Assembly (NCBI GenBank): GCA_963841615.1
Contig: CAWJDI010000001.1
Span: 65,020 to 129,019, forward strand
Reading direction: 5' to 3'
DNA from: an uncultured Alphaproteobacteria bacterium
GTDB taxonomy: Bacteria; Pseudomonadota; Alphaproteobacteria; Rhizobiales; Rhizobiaceae
DNA: 64,000 nt
This document shows positions 10,818-22,126 of this stretch, piece after piece. A program made the translations under genes and the position numbers. The stretch's first letter is position 1. Every line of letters begins with the position of its first letter. The notes under the pieces are model-generated. The model saw nothing but the letters and a program-made list of their open reading frames with translations. It did not search any database and had not been told where the DNA came from.

Positions 10818-11739
10818 CCGGTTTGCGTCCCGTGGGGTCGAGACGCTGCCTGCGTGTATCGAGCCGGTCGAGCGGGTCGATCTTCCTGGGCTTCACCTTC
10901 GGCTTCTTCTCTCCCGCGACGGGCTTTTCCTTCGGCATCATAGCGGCCAGTGGCGCGTCGAAATTGGCACCGGATGCTGCAATCAATTTTGGCCCAAGCT
11001 GGTCGCGCAGCGTCCGTGAACGCACTTCGACCACCGCACCTTCCGGCAAATCGCCAAGCTGAAACGGGCCGTAAGAGATGCGGATCAGGCGGTTCACGTC
11101 GAGATCGAGTGCGCCAAGCACGTTCTTGACCTCACGGTTCTTGCCTTCGCGCATGGCGAAAGTCAGCCACACATTTGTGCCCTGCTTGCGTTCCAGTTCC
11201 GCTTCTATGGAGCCGTAAAGCACGCCATCGACGGCAATTCCATCGCGCAAGCCATCGAGTTGTTCCTGCGTAACCGAGCCGTGAGCGCGGACACGGTAGC
11301 GGCGCAACCAGCCGGTCGACGGCAGTTCCAACGCCCGTGAAAGGCCACCGTCATTCGTTAGCAGCAGCAGCCCCTCAGTGTTGATATCGAGGCGACCGAC
11401 CGTCAGCACACGGGGAAGATCGTCCGGCAGCGTGTCGAACAAGGTTCGCCGCCCTTCCGGGTCGCGGGCGGTGGTGACGGTGCCGGACCGCTTATTGTGC
11501 AGCCAAAGCCGGGTGCGCTCGATCATGGGAAGCGGCGCGCCATCGACGAGAATCGTGTCACCGTCGCCCACAACGCAGGCCGGTGTGGTCAGCTTCTTGC
11601 CGTTGATCTCGACACGCCCGGCCTCGATCCAGCGTTCGGCATCGCGGCGCGAGCATAAGCCCGCCCGTGCCATGCGCTTGGCGATGCGCTCGCCTTTGGC
11701 GGGGGTTTCGGCGCTATCGGTGATTTCGGAATTTTTCAT
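10768..11739 (-). CDS. rRNA pseudouridine synthase (RluB/RsuA family) with S4 domain
   Basis: Motifs GERIAKRMARAGLCSRRDAE, VGRLDINTEGLLLLTNDG and EGKNREV. Confidence 0.9.
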   Translation of the reverse strand: MKNSEITDSAETPAKGERIAKRMARAGLCSRRDAERWIEAGRVEINGKKLTTPACVVGDGDTILVDGAPLPMIERTRLWLHNKRSGTVTTARDPEGRRTLFDTLPDDLPRVLTVGRLDINTEGLLLLTNDGGLSRALELPSTGWLRRYRVRAHGSVTQEQLDGLRDGIAVDGVLYGSIEAELERKQGTNVWLTFAMREGKNREVKNVLGALDLDVNRLIRISYGPFQLGDLPEGAVVEVRSRTLRDQLGPKLIAASGANFDAPLAAMMPKEKPVAGEKKPKVKPRKIDPLDRLDTRRQRLDPTGRKPGGPGKKGGKPRADRRR

Positions 11740-11785
11740 ACACGCTCCCTAGCCCAAAGCGTTGGCGCTTGCGACAAGGTTTCCC

Positions 11786-12223
11786 ATGAGTTTCATGTCG
11801 ATCGCACTGGAAGAGGCCCGCGCCGCCGCCGCGCGCGATGAGGTGCCGGTGGGTGCCGTTCTCGTTCGCAACGGTGTGGTGATTGCCAGGGCCGGAAACC
11901 GTACGCGGGAATTGAATGACCCGACGGCCCACGCGGAAATCCTCGTCATACGTGCCGCCTGTGCTGAAGCGAACAGCCAGAGACTGCCGGGCTGCGATCT
12001 CTACGTCACGCTGGAACCCTGCACCATGTGCGCGGCGGCGATCTCATTTGCCCGTATCGAAAGACTGTATTTCGGTGCGGCGGATGAAAAGGGCGGCGCG
12101 GTCATCAACGGAGTGCGATTTTTCTCACACCCGCAGTGTTTGCATAGACCGGAAGTTTATGACGGTCTCGCCGAAGAAGAATCGCAAACCATCCTGCGAA
12201 GCTTCTTTCTCGGCAAGCGCTAA
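11786..12223 (+). CDS. tadA: tRNA adenosine deaminase TadA / nucleoside deaminase
   Basis: Motifs EVPVGAVLV, DPTAHAE and TLEPCTMCAAAI. Confidence 0.9.
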   Translation: MSFMSIALEEARAAAARDEVPVGAVLVRNGVVIARAGNRTRELNDPTAHAEILVIRAACAEANSQRLPGCDLYVTLEPCTMCAAAISFARIERLYFGAADEKGGAVINGVRFFSHPQCLHRPEVYDGLAEEESQTILRSFFLGKR

Positions 12224-12235
12224 TCAAACGCAGGT

Positions 12236-12847
12236 CTAAAAACCGGGGGCGTTGGAAGGATCGTTGGTCGTGGCCTTGCGCTCACGCCTCTCGCGTTCGC
12301 CAATTTCACCCACCGCCGCACTTTCTGCAGGTGTGCGATATTCAATCGGCGGGTCGGTAAGGTAACGCCGTGCGCCGGAACCTGTGGCTCCACGCGCCCG
12401 TTTGCGGGCTGCCAGAACACGTTCACGGGCGACTTTTTGCTTGCGAATATCGATACCGCCGTCTCGGTCCAGATCACCGATCAGTTCAGGCTTTGCGATG
12501 GCCGGGCGCTCGACACCCTCAACAGTGAGAGAACTGCCTTCAGCCGTGGTGTCAGCGCCCGCGAGAAGGGCAGCGCGCCGCTCTTCAGGATCGACAGGGA
12601 AAGAACCGTCGGCGGACGCGACATTGTCCACAGGTTGCGGCAGGACCGTTCCGTCCGGCGCGCGTACGAGGTCTGGGCGTGCGGAATAATTAATCTGCTC
12701 TTTCTTGTCGCGCGAACCCAGCGTTACGAGACCGGCAACGTCACTGAGCAACTGCGCTTCCTGAGTGACGCCCGTTCCATATGTATTGCCGCCGAGGCAC
12801 CCGGCGAGGCCGAGCAGGGAGGCGAGAGCGATGAGACGCAGATACAT
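12236..12847 (-). CDS. Hypothetical lipoprotein
   Basis: Lipobox-like LLGLAGC after a hydrophobic N-terminus; the rest is not recognised. Confidence 0.65.
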   Translation of the reverse strand: MYLRLIALASLLGLAGCLGGNTYGTGVTQEAQLLSDVAGLVTLGSRDKKEQINYSARPDLVRAPDGTVLPQPVDNVASADGSFPVDPEERRAALLAGADTTAEGSSLTVEGVERPAIAKPELIGDLDRDGGIDIRKQKVARERVLAARKRARGATGSGARRYLTDPPIEYRTPAESAAVGEIGERERRERKATTNDPSNAPGF

Positions 12848-13004
12848 GGCAGGCTAGTCCCCAGGGGCGCGAAAGGCCGATAATTCCGTTTCGGAACCAC
12901 CGATACCGAGCCTAAGCCACAGGATTGTGGCCTTAGCTTGGCTTGGAGCGCAGGTTAGACCCCGCGACCGCTGACTGCAATTCACATGAACCGACCGTTC
13001 CGAG

Positions 13005-16000
13005 TCAAGCGTTCCCGTCGATCTCGCGTATTGCAGCCGCATCGCGGGCCGAAAGGTCGGGATAATCCGCATCGCTGCCGACTTCCGGCAATACGCGCCA
13101 CGAACGTGCGCAGCGTGTGCCCTCGGCGTGCCCCATCACAACGGAAACGCCGGCGACTTCCGGCAGGCGGAAGTCTTCCGCGCCGCCGTCGCCTTGCTCA
13201 ATGGCTATCTGACTGACGATGCAGATGTCAGCCATGTCGAGGCCCTGCACAGCCTCGAACAGGGCAGAATCGCTGATGTGAACGCGGGGTGCAGCTTCCA
13301 GCGATGAGCCGATCAGCTTGTCACGCCGCGCGACTTCCAACGCACCCAGCACGACGCGCCGCACGGTGCGCACCTTCGCCCACTTCGCGGCCAGCGCATC
13401 GTCTCGCCAGGTGGAATCGACCAGCGCAAACTGTTGCAGATGCACGCTGTCGCTGTCCGGATAGCGTTCCGCCCATGTCTCTTCCATCGTAAACACGAGC
13501 ATGGGGGCCATCCATGTCACCACGCAATCGAACAGGTGCGAGACGACTTGCAACGATGCTTTGCGGCGCGTGGACGATGGTGCGTCGCAATACAGCGCGT
13601 CCTTGCGCACGTCGAAATAGAAGGCTGATAGTTCCGAGTTCATAAACCCGAACAACTTCGCCATCACGCCCTTATAATCGAACGCGTCGTAACCGGCCCG
13701 GATTTCCTTATCCAGCATGGCGAGACGATGCAGCATCAGCCGATCGATCTCCTCCATCTTGCTTACAGACACTTCATCGCCCTCGTAATGCGCCAGAGTG
13801 CCGAGCATCCAGCGCAGCGTGTTGCGGATCTTGCGGTAGGAATCGACCGCAGTCTTGATGATCTCCGGTCCGATGCGGGTGTCGTCCTGATAATCGACCG
13901 AGCAGGTCCACAGGCGCAGGATGTCGGCACCATATTGCTTGATGATGTCCTGCGGGGCGATGGTGTTGCCGAGCGACTTCGACATTTTGCGCCCGTCTTC
14001 GGCCATGACGAAACCGTGGGTCAGCACGGTGTCATAGGGCGCACGGCCACGGGTGCCGCAGCTTTCCAGCAGCGAGGAGTGGAACCAGCCGCGATGCTGG
14101 TCGGAGCCTTCGAGATACAGGTCGGCAGGCCATTTCAGGTCATCGCGCTGTTCCAGACAAAAGGCGTGGGTGGAGCCGGAATCGAACCACACATCGAGAA
14201 TATCGCGCACCTGTTCCCATGCGTCGATATCATCCACCAGCCCGTCGAGGAACCGCGCCTTTGCGCCGTCCTCATACCACGCGTCTGCACCTTCGGCCTT
14301 GAAGGCGTCCATGATGCGGGCGGTTAGGGCGTCGGACTGGTCAAAGTCCGGGCCGGGGATGACCTGGCCGGTTTCGGGGTTGCGGAACACACTGATCGGC
14401 ACGCCCCATGCCCGCTGGCGCGACAGCACCCAGTCGGGCCGGTCCGCGATCATGCCGCGCAGGCGGGTTTGGCCACGGGCGGGCACGAAGCGCGTGTCGT
14501 CGATGGCTTTTAGGGCGGTGGTGCGGAGGGTGCGGCTGGCTCCGTCATCCTCGGCCGACCTCACGACGGCGTCATCCTCGGCCACCGTGCCGAGGATCTC
14601 CCGATCGCTGTTCTCGCTGGACGTTTTGGAGGTCCTCGGGTCAGGGCCCGAGGATGACGGAGTTTGAGGCACAGCTCTGTCCATATGGACAAACCACTGC
14701 GGTGTGTTGCGGAATATGATGGGCTTTTTCGAGCGCCACGAATGGGGGTAGTCGTGTTTCAGCCGCCCGCGCGCGAACAGGTTGTTGGCCGCGATGAGCG
14801 CGGTGATGACACGCTGGTTGGCGTCGCCCTTCTTGCCCTTGTCGTCGATCACCCGCGCCGGATTGCCGGTGTCGGGGCCGAAACCGGGGGCGTCGTCGGT
14901 GTAGTAACCGGCGTCATCCACGGTGAAGGGAATGGTGGGATCGATGCCCTGCGCTTCCAGTTGGGCGCGCGAGGCGTTCCAAACCTCGAAGTCGTCCGCG
15001 CCATGGCCGGGGGCCGTGTGGACGAAGCCGGTGCCCGCGTCGTCGGTAACGTGGTCGCCCGCGAGGAGCGGGACGGCGAAGTCGTAGCCGAGGTGCTTGA
15101 GGGGGTGGTCGAGGACCATGCCGTCAAGCTCGGAGGCGGGAACATCGGCTAGGCGATTGAACGTCAGCTTTGCCTTTGTTGCGCACTCTTCCGCCAGCTT
15201 GTCGGCAAAGACGAACTTCGCGCCCGGTAGGGGTCCGAAATCATTTTCGGCAGTGGCGACTTCGTAAAGGCCGTAGGAGATAGATTTAGAGAACGAGACG
15301 GCGCGGTTGCCGGGCATCGTCCACGGTGTCGTGGTCCAGATGACGACTGAGGCATTTTTCAGCTTCTGCCCGTCATCCTCGGGCTCCGTCCCGAGGATCT
15401 GGCCGGTCTCTCCAGTCTCGGCGGTCCAGATCCTCGGGACGGAGCCCGAAGATGACGGCGTGTGAATTGGAAAGCCCACCCAAACCGTGTCGCTCTCATA
15501 CGTCTCGTATTCGATCTCCGCCTCGGCCAGCGCCGTGCGCTCCACCACGCTCCACATGATCGGCTTGGACCCGCGATAGAGCTGGCCAGACCGGGCGAAC
15601 TTCATCAGCTCGCCCGCGATGATCGCTTCAGCGGCAAAATTCATCGTCAGATACGGGTTGGCGAAATCTCCGACCACGCCTAACCGTTGAAATTCCTCGC
15701 TCTGCACTTCGACCCAACCGGCGGCGAAGTCGCGGCATTCCTTGCGGAATTCGTTGATCGGCACCTCGTCCTTGTTGCGGCCCTTGGCGCGGTATTGCTC
15801 CTCGATCTTCCATTCGATCGGCAGGCCGTGGCAGTCCCAACCCGGCACGTAATTGCTGTCGCGGTTTCGCATCTGGAACGAGCGGGTGACCACGTCCTTG
15901 AGTATCTTGTTGAGGCCGGTGCCCATATGGATGTTGCCGTTGGCGTAGGGCGGGCCGTCGTGCAGCACATATTTCTCGCGGCCTTTCGCGTCGTCGCGCA

Positions 16001-16157
16001 GGCGGCGATACATGTCCTGCTCCTGCCAGCGGGCGACGATTTCCGGCTCCTTCTTCGGCAGGCCGGCGCGCATGGGGAAGTCGGTTTTGGGCAGGAACAA
16101 CGTGCTGGAATAGTCGCGCTCGCCGGTTTCGGCTGCGCTTTCGGTCTTGTCGGACAT
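13005..16157 (-). CDS. ileS: Isoleucine--tRNA ligase, carrying apparent in-frame insertions
   Basis: Motifs [13 protein letters not shown] (HIGH-like, here HMGT), [58 protein letters not shown] and KMSKS. Confidence 0.97.
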   Translation of the reverse strand: MSDKTESAAETGERDYSSTLFLPKTDFPMRAGLPKKEPEIVARWQEQDMYRRLRDDAKGREKYVLHDGPPYANGNIHMGTGLNKILKDVVTRSFQMRNRDSNYVPGWDCHGLPIEWKIEEQYRAKGRNKDEVPINEFRKECRDFAAGWVEVQSEEFQRLGVVGDFANPYLTMNFAAEAIIAGELMKFARSGQLYRGSKPIMWSVVERTALAEAEIEYETYESDTVWVGFPIHTPSSSGSVPRIWTAETGETGQILGTEPEDDGQKLKNASVVIWTTTPWTMPGNRAVSFSKSISYGLYEVATAENDFGPLPGAKFVFADKLAEECATKAKLTFNRLADVPASELDGMVLDHPLKHLGYDFAVPLLAGDHVTDDAGTGFVHTAPGHGADDFEVWNASRAQLEAQGIDPTIPFTVDDAGYYTDDAPGFGPDTGNPARVIDDKGKKGDANQRVITALIAANNLFARGRLKHDYPHSWRSKKPIIFRNTPQWFVHMDRAVPQTPSSSGPDPRTSKTSSENSDREILGTVAEDDAVVRSAEDDGASRTLRTTALKAIDDTRFVPARGQTRLRGMIADRPDWVLSRQRAWGVPISVFRNPETGQVIPGPDFDQSDALTARIMDAFKAEGADAWYEDGAKARFLDGLVDDIDAWEQVRDILDVWFDSGSTHAFCLEQRDDLKWPADLYLEGSDQHRGWFHSSLLESCGTRGRAPYDTVLTHGFVMAEDGRKMSKSLGNTIAPQDIIKQYGADILRLWTCSVDYQDDTRIGPEIIKTAVDSYRKIRNTLRWMLGTLAHYEGDEVSVSKMEEIDRLMLHRLAMLDKEIRAGYDAFDYKGVMAKLFGFMNSELSAFYFDVRKDALYCDAPSSTRRKASLQVVSHLFDCVVTWMAPMLVFTMEETWAERYPDSDSVHLQQFALVDSTWRDDALAAKWAKVRTVRRVVLGALEVARRDKLIGSSLEAAPRVHISDSALFEAVQGLDMADICIVSQIAIEQGDGGAEDFRLPEVAGVSVVMGHAEGTRCARSWRVLPEVGSDADYPDLSARDAAAIREIDGNA

Positions 16158-16310
16158 GAAAAATCTCGTTTGGAAAAGGCGTCGTTTCAGGTGGCGGCGG
16201 ATAACCCGGCGCGGGACGATCAGCCCGCGACCGGGCCTATAATTCGTATGGTGCGGGAAACGATGCTCATTGCCGCTTCCTAGCGCGCGCCCATGCAGGC
16301 GGCAACAGGT

Positions 16311-17060
16311 TTAGAGACGCGGCTCGTTCAGCTTGTCGTAAAGGGCGCGGCGCAGCAGTTTCAACGTCAGGTTCGGTGCGAGCCATGCGGCTGCGCGCGC
16401 ACCGGTCCCGCCGGGGTAGAATTCAGCGACGGGCTTGCGGGTTTTGGCCAGTATCTTGGCTGCAAGATCGTTAGGTGCCATGCGTTTCTTCGCACTCGCA
16501 CCAGTTGGCGCGTAGCGTTCGGCATGGGTGGTGCGGATTGGACCGGGAAACACCGTCATCACGCGCACGCCCTTCTTCTTCCAGCCCTTGCGAACCGAGC
16601 GGGCATAGACTGCCAATCCATCCTTCGTGCCCGCATACACCGCCGCGCCGGGATAGCCGGTGACGTGGGAGAGCGACGAGATAAACGTGATGCACCCGCC
16701 CTGCTTTACCAGCCCCGCGCCCATGAGACCGGAAGCGAGCAGAATGGGGGCGGTCATGTTAACGTCGATCAGCGTCTTGTAGGCGCTGGCGGGAATGTCC
16801 TCGAAATGCCCCGTGGCGCTGATGCCCGCGTTCAGCACGACCAGATCGAACGTCATGCCGTGTAGCGAGGCAATGCAGCGCGCCACCGCCTGCCGGTCGG
16901 CCAGATCGACCTTGCGGACGATGCACGCGCCACGGCTGGAGAGCGCCAGCGCTTCGAGATCGTTCGTGTCTCGATCCAGCGCCACAACCTCGTGCCCGTC
17001 TGCCAGCAGTGCATCGGTGAGCGCGCGGCCCAGACCTGCGGCGGCACCTGTTATCAACGC
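16311..17060 (-). CDS. SDR family oxidoreductase
   Basis: Motifs ITGAAAGLG, VVLNAG and YAGTK. The start probably lies near 17066 (VRALITG). Confidence 0.8.
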   Translation of the reverse strand, partial: ALITGAAAGLGRALTDALLADGHEVVALDRDTNDLEALALSSRGACIVRKVDLADRQAVARCIASLHGMTFDLVVLNAGISATGHFEDIPASAYKTLIDVNMTAPILLASGLMGAGLVKQGGCITFISSLSHVTGYPGAAVYAGTKDGLAVYARSVRKGWKKKGVRVMTVFPGPIRTTHAERYAPTGASAKKRMAPNDLAAKILAKTRKPVAEFYPGGTGARAAAWLAPNLTLKLLRRALYDKLNEPRL

Positions 17061-17062
17061 CC

Positions 17063-17794
17063 TCACAACACGCCTTCTTTCGGGCGGGCGAAGGCGGCGC
17101 GGGTGCAATAGAAACGGCCCAGCTTGCGGGTCTTGTCACCGTTGCGGATGGCTTTCTCAATGCCTGCCGACGCGCGGTGGGGGGCCATGAACAGGCTGCG
17201 CGACGCGCCGAGTGTCATGCCCGCCTTGTCGTGCATGCCGGTTTTCGTCGGGCCGGGATGAACCACGGTGACATGTGCCTTACCCCGCCATTCTTCTCGC
17301 AAGGATTTGGCAAAGCCGGCCAGAGCGCCCTTCGTCGCGGCGTAGGTCGCAAACCCTTCCGCTCCGCCTGCCAGGCTGGAGCCGATGATCGTCAACCGCC
17401 CGCCCGCGTTAAGCAGCGCCGGTGCGGCGGCATTGGCGGCCAGCACCGTGCCGGTGACATTAATGTCTATCTGCGCGGCGATGGAGACCGGTGTCTCCGC
17501 TTCCGCCACGCCCTGCCAGCCGATTCCGGCGTTGAGTATGGCCACGTCCAGCACGTCCCAGTCCATCTGTTCCAATGCACGGGATATAGCGGCACCGGCC
17601 CGCGCAGGGTCGGACTGGTCGGCGCGGATGTAGTGGATGTTGTCGCTGGCGAAGAACTCGGCCTGATCGACCAGATTGCGACGGCCGGTCGCCAGAACGC
17701 CTATACCGCGCGCCGCGTAGGATTTCGCCAGCAACAGCCCGATACCGTCCGTCGCGCCGGTAATCAGAACGCGGGTCCGGCGGTCGGCTGCCAT
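17063..17794 (-). CDS. SDR family oxidoreductase
   Basis: Motifs LITGATDGIG, ILNAG, YAATK and VVHPGPTKT. Confidence 0.8.
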   Translation of the reverse strand: MAADRRTRVLITGATDGIGLLLAKSYAARGIGVLATGRRNLVDQAEFFASDNIHYIRADQSDPARAGAAISRALEQMDWDVLDVAILNAGIGWQGVAEAETPVSIAAQIDINVTGTVLAANAAAPALLNAGGRLTIIGSSLAGGAEGFATYAATKGALAGFAKSLREEWRGKAHVTVVHPGPTKTGMHDKAGMTLGASRSLFMAPHRASAGIEKAIRNGDKTRKLGRFYCTRAAFARPKEGVL

Positions 17795-18780
17795 TATCGG
17801 TGCCCGTCGAAGGCGATGGCCCGATCGAGCGCGGAATGCGGTTCGGCCTTGGCCAAGATGGCACGGGCGGCGGCACTGTCGCGGTCCATCTGCTTCACCA
17901 GCGCCTCGGCACTGTCGAACTTCTCCTCACCGCGCAGGTGGGCGAAGAGCGTCACTTCGATCTCTTCTCCGTAGAGGTCTCCATCGAAATCGAACACGAA
18001 TGTTTCCAGCAGCGGCGCGCCGTTGTCGAAGGTCGGGCGGCGCCCATAGCTGGCGACGCCGTCGTGCAGCGATCCATCTGCGCGGCGCAGGCGCACGGCA
18101 TAAATGCCGTGGGCGAGGCGGCAATTGTCGGCGAGCGACAGATTGGCGGTCGGGTAGCCCAGCGTGCGCCCCAGCTGCGCGCCCTTTACCACCGTGCCGC
18201 CCACGCACCAGCGATAGCCCAGCAGGCGAGCAGCGTGGTCCACGTCACCTTCGCCCAGCAGGCGGCGGATGCGCGAGGACGACAATTCCTCGCCCGCACC
18301 GTCACGGTATTCCTCGACGATGGTCACACCGAAACCGGCGCGTCCGCCCGCCTCGCGCAGAAAATCCGGCGTGCCCTCGCGCTTGCGCCCGAACATGAAG
18401 TTAAAGCCCGTCACGACATGGCTTGCGCCGGTCGCTTCCACCAGATGACGGTCGACAAAGTCCTGCGCCGAGGTGCCTGCCAGATCGCGGGTGAACGGGA
18501 GGACGAGCAGTCCGTCAACGCCTGCCGCTTGGACGATCCGCGCTTTCATATCCCGCGGGGTCAGGCGGAAGACGGGGCTGTCCGGTTTGAACAGGGTGCG
18601 CGGGTGCGGCTCGAACGACAGGGCGAAAACCTTGGTTCCGGTCTCGCGCCCGATTGCCAATGCCGCATTCAGCACTGTCTGATGGCCGCGATGGACGCCG
18701 TCGAAATTACCGATGGCGATCACCGCGCCGCGCATGGCGTCCGGCAACGGCTTATCGAGAATGCGGGCGGCGGCACTCAT
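17794..18780 (-). CDS. ribF: Bifunctional riboflavin kinase/FAD synthetase
   Basis: Motifs IGNFDGVHRGH, SSSRIR, GRTLGYPTAN and LRGEEKF. Confidence 0.95.
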   Translation of the reverse strand: MSAAARILDKPLPDAMRGAVIAIGNFDGVHRGHQTVLNAALAIGRETGTKVFALSFEPHPRTLFKPDSPVFRLTPRDMKARIVQAAGVDGLLVLPFTRDLAGTSAQDFVDRHLVEATGASHVVTGFNFMFGRKREGTPDFLREAGGRAGFGVTIVEEYRDGAGEELSSSRIRRLLGEGDVDHAARLLGYRWCVGGTVVKGAQLGRTLGYPTANLSLADNCRLAHGIYAVRLRRADGSLHDGVASYGRRPTFDNGAPLLETFVFDFDGDLYGEEIEVTLFAHLRGEEKFDSAEALVKQMDRDSAAARAILAKAEPHSALDRAIAFDGHR

Positions 18781-18786
18781 GGCGGA

Positions 18787-19623
18787 TTACCAGACAAGCC
18801 GGGGCATGGTGGCGACTGGCGTGACACCCTGTTGCTTCACGAAGGCTGCGAGCCGGTCATGGTCAGGAGCATCGGCCGGGCCATATTCGGCAGCGTGAAT
18901 ACCGGCGCTGATATAAAGCAGATCGAGACCGGCAGCCTGTGCGCCCGCGACATCGGTGGGCATACCGTCGCCGATGCAGAGCACGCGCTTGTGGGAAATG
19001 TCGGCCACCGCCGCCAGTGCTACATCGTAAATCGGCTTGTGAGGCTTGCCCGCCAAGCGCACCTCACCGCCCAATTCGCCATAGAGCCGGGCCAACGCAC
19101 CCGCGCACCAGATCATCCGGTCGCCGCGTTCAACGACAATATCGGGGTTGGCGCAGATCATCGGCAAGCGCCGTTTGACGCCGCGCGACAAGAGCGGGCG
19201 ATAGTCTTCCGGCGTCTCCACCTCGTCGCTCACCAGTCCGGTGCAAACGATGGTTTTTGCGGTTTCCAAATCGACGAACGACACATCCAACCCGTCGAAA
19301 AAGCTCCGCTCCCGAGGCGGGCCGATATGATAGACGTCGCCGGCCACCTGCCGCACAAGCTCGCGGGTCACATCGCCTGACGTGACGATGGAATCGCAGA
19401 TGCCGCCGGACACACCGATATCGTTGAACTGCGCCAGCACATCTTCCCGCGGGCGCGGTGAATTTGTGATGAGAACCACCTTGCCGCCCCGTTCCCGAAA
19501 CCCGCGCAGGGCCACGGCGGCTGGTTCATAGGCGTGTTCACCATTGTGAACCACGCCCCATACGTCGCTGAGAACCGCGTCGTAGTCTGCAACAAGTTCA
19601 CTGAGCCCTGCTATCGCACGCAT
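18787..19623 (-). CDS. HAD-IIA family hydrolase (TIGR01459-like)
   Basis: Motifs DVWGVVHNG, ITNSPR, ANPD, GKPHKPIY and IGDGMPTD. Confidence 0.88.
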   Translation of the reverse strand: MRAIAGLSELVADYDAVLSDVWGVVHNGEHAYEPAAVALRGFRERGGKVVLITNSPRPREDVLAQFNDIGVSGGICDSIVTSGDVTRELVRQVAGDVYHIGPPRERSFFDGLDVSFVDLETAKTIVCTGLVSDEVETPEDYRPLLSRGVKRRLPMICANPDIVVERGDRMIWCAGALARLYGELGGEVRLAGKPHKPIYDVALAAVADISHKRVLCIGDGMPTDVAGAQAAGLDLLYISAGIHAAEYGPADAPDHDRLAAFVKQQGVTPVATMPRLVW

Positions 19624-19778
19624 GAGGGGGAAGGTCCGATTGTCAGGAGGGTCGCCACGTATATGCGGCTTTCTGGCAAAGGCGTTAGGTCAGGTGGCGC
19701 GCAATCGTCAAGGTTGGTGCGGAATTACGCGACATGTTCTTGACTCTGTCCCATGCCGTTCTTATCTCCAGCACGCGC

Positions 19779-19805
19779 TTTGGCACTCACTATATGAGAG
19801 TGCTA
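19779..19805. promoter_or_regulatory. CIRCE element (HrcA operator) upstream of groES
   Basis: The sequence ttggcactc-actatatga-gagtgctaa matches TTAGCACTC-N9-GAGTGCTAA with one mismatch and lies about 80 bp upstream of groES. Confidence 0.9.
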
Positions 19806-19884
19806 ACACGCACTTCACAACCCTTAACATTCATCGGCTGTCGCGCAGGCGAAGCCGTAAACGACTTACAGGAACGAGACAAAG

Positions 19885-20181
19885 ATGGCTGACATCAAAT
19901 TCCGTCCGCTTCACGACCGCGTTGTCGTGCGCCGTGTCGAGGCCGACACGAAAACCGCAGGCGGCATCATCATTCCCGACTCCGCACAGGAAAAACCAGC
20001 CGAAGGCGAAATCGTTTCCATCGGCTCCGGTGCCCGTGACGAAGCAGGCAAGCTGGTCCCGCTCGACGTCAAGGCAGGCGACCGCGTTCTGTTCGGCAAA
20101 TGGTCCGGCACCGAAGTGAAAATCGGCGGCGAAGACCTGCTGATCATGAAGGAAGCCGACATCATGGGAATCGTTGGCTAA
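19885..20181 (+). CDS. groES: Co-chaperonin GroES
   Basis: [13 protein letters not shown]...[15 protein letters not shown]...[31 protein letters not shown]. Confidence 0.97.
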   Translation: MADIKFRPLHDRVVVRRVEADTKTAGGIIIPDSAQEKPAEGEIVSIGSGARDEAGKLVPLDVKAGDRVLFGKWSGTEVKIGGEDLLIMKEADIMGIVG

Positions 20182-20223
20182 CGGCAACGCATGTTTGTCT
20201 CATCGCTCCGCGATGGTGGCTAA

Positions 20224-21936
<1,713 letters not shown>

Positions 21937-21991
21937 GAAACGCTCAAGCGTTTCGGGCATCTACTAGCCGATACCCTAACTTTGAATGTTG

Positions 21992-22030
21992 AAAGAGGTC
22001 GTCCTTCAGGATGGCCTCTTTTTCGTTTTG
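21992..22030 (+). terminator. Rho-independent terminator after groEL
   Basis: The sequence aaagaggtcgtcc-ttca-ggatggcctcttttttcgtttt forms a hairpin followed by a T tract. Confidence 0.7.
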
Positions 22031-22126
22031 CAAGTGGAATTTCGTGAAACCAAACCGTGCAAACCGGCGTTCTTTAATTGATGAAAGCTATTCATCAGGA
22101 AAAACCAATCCGGGGGACCAATCACG

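Noticed and set aside
14540-15460. CRISPR interpretation of the gtcatcctcgg repeats
   Set aside because: There are only a few degenerate, irregularly spaced copies inside an intact CDS, with no uniform spacers and no cas genes.
14540-15460. Intein interpretation of the ileS insertions
   Set aside because: They are far too short and lack the Cys/Ser start and His-Asn end motifs.
17800-19380. 526 aa plus-strand ORF, and similar long ORFs at 452-1210, 3608-4723, 20887-21960 and 38054-38815
   Set aside because: They are antisense shadows of ribF/HAD, the Kdo transferase, kef, groEL and lldD, which are expected in high-GC DNA. They have no recognisable motifs.
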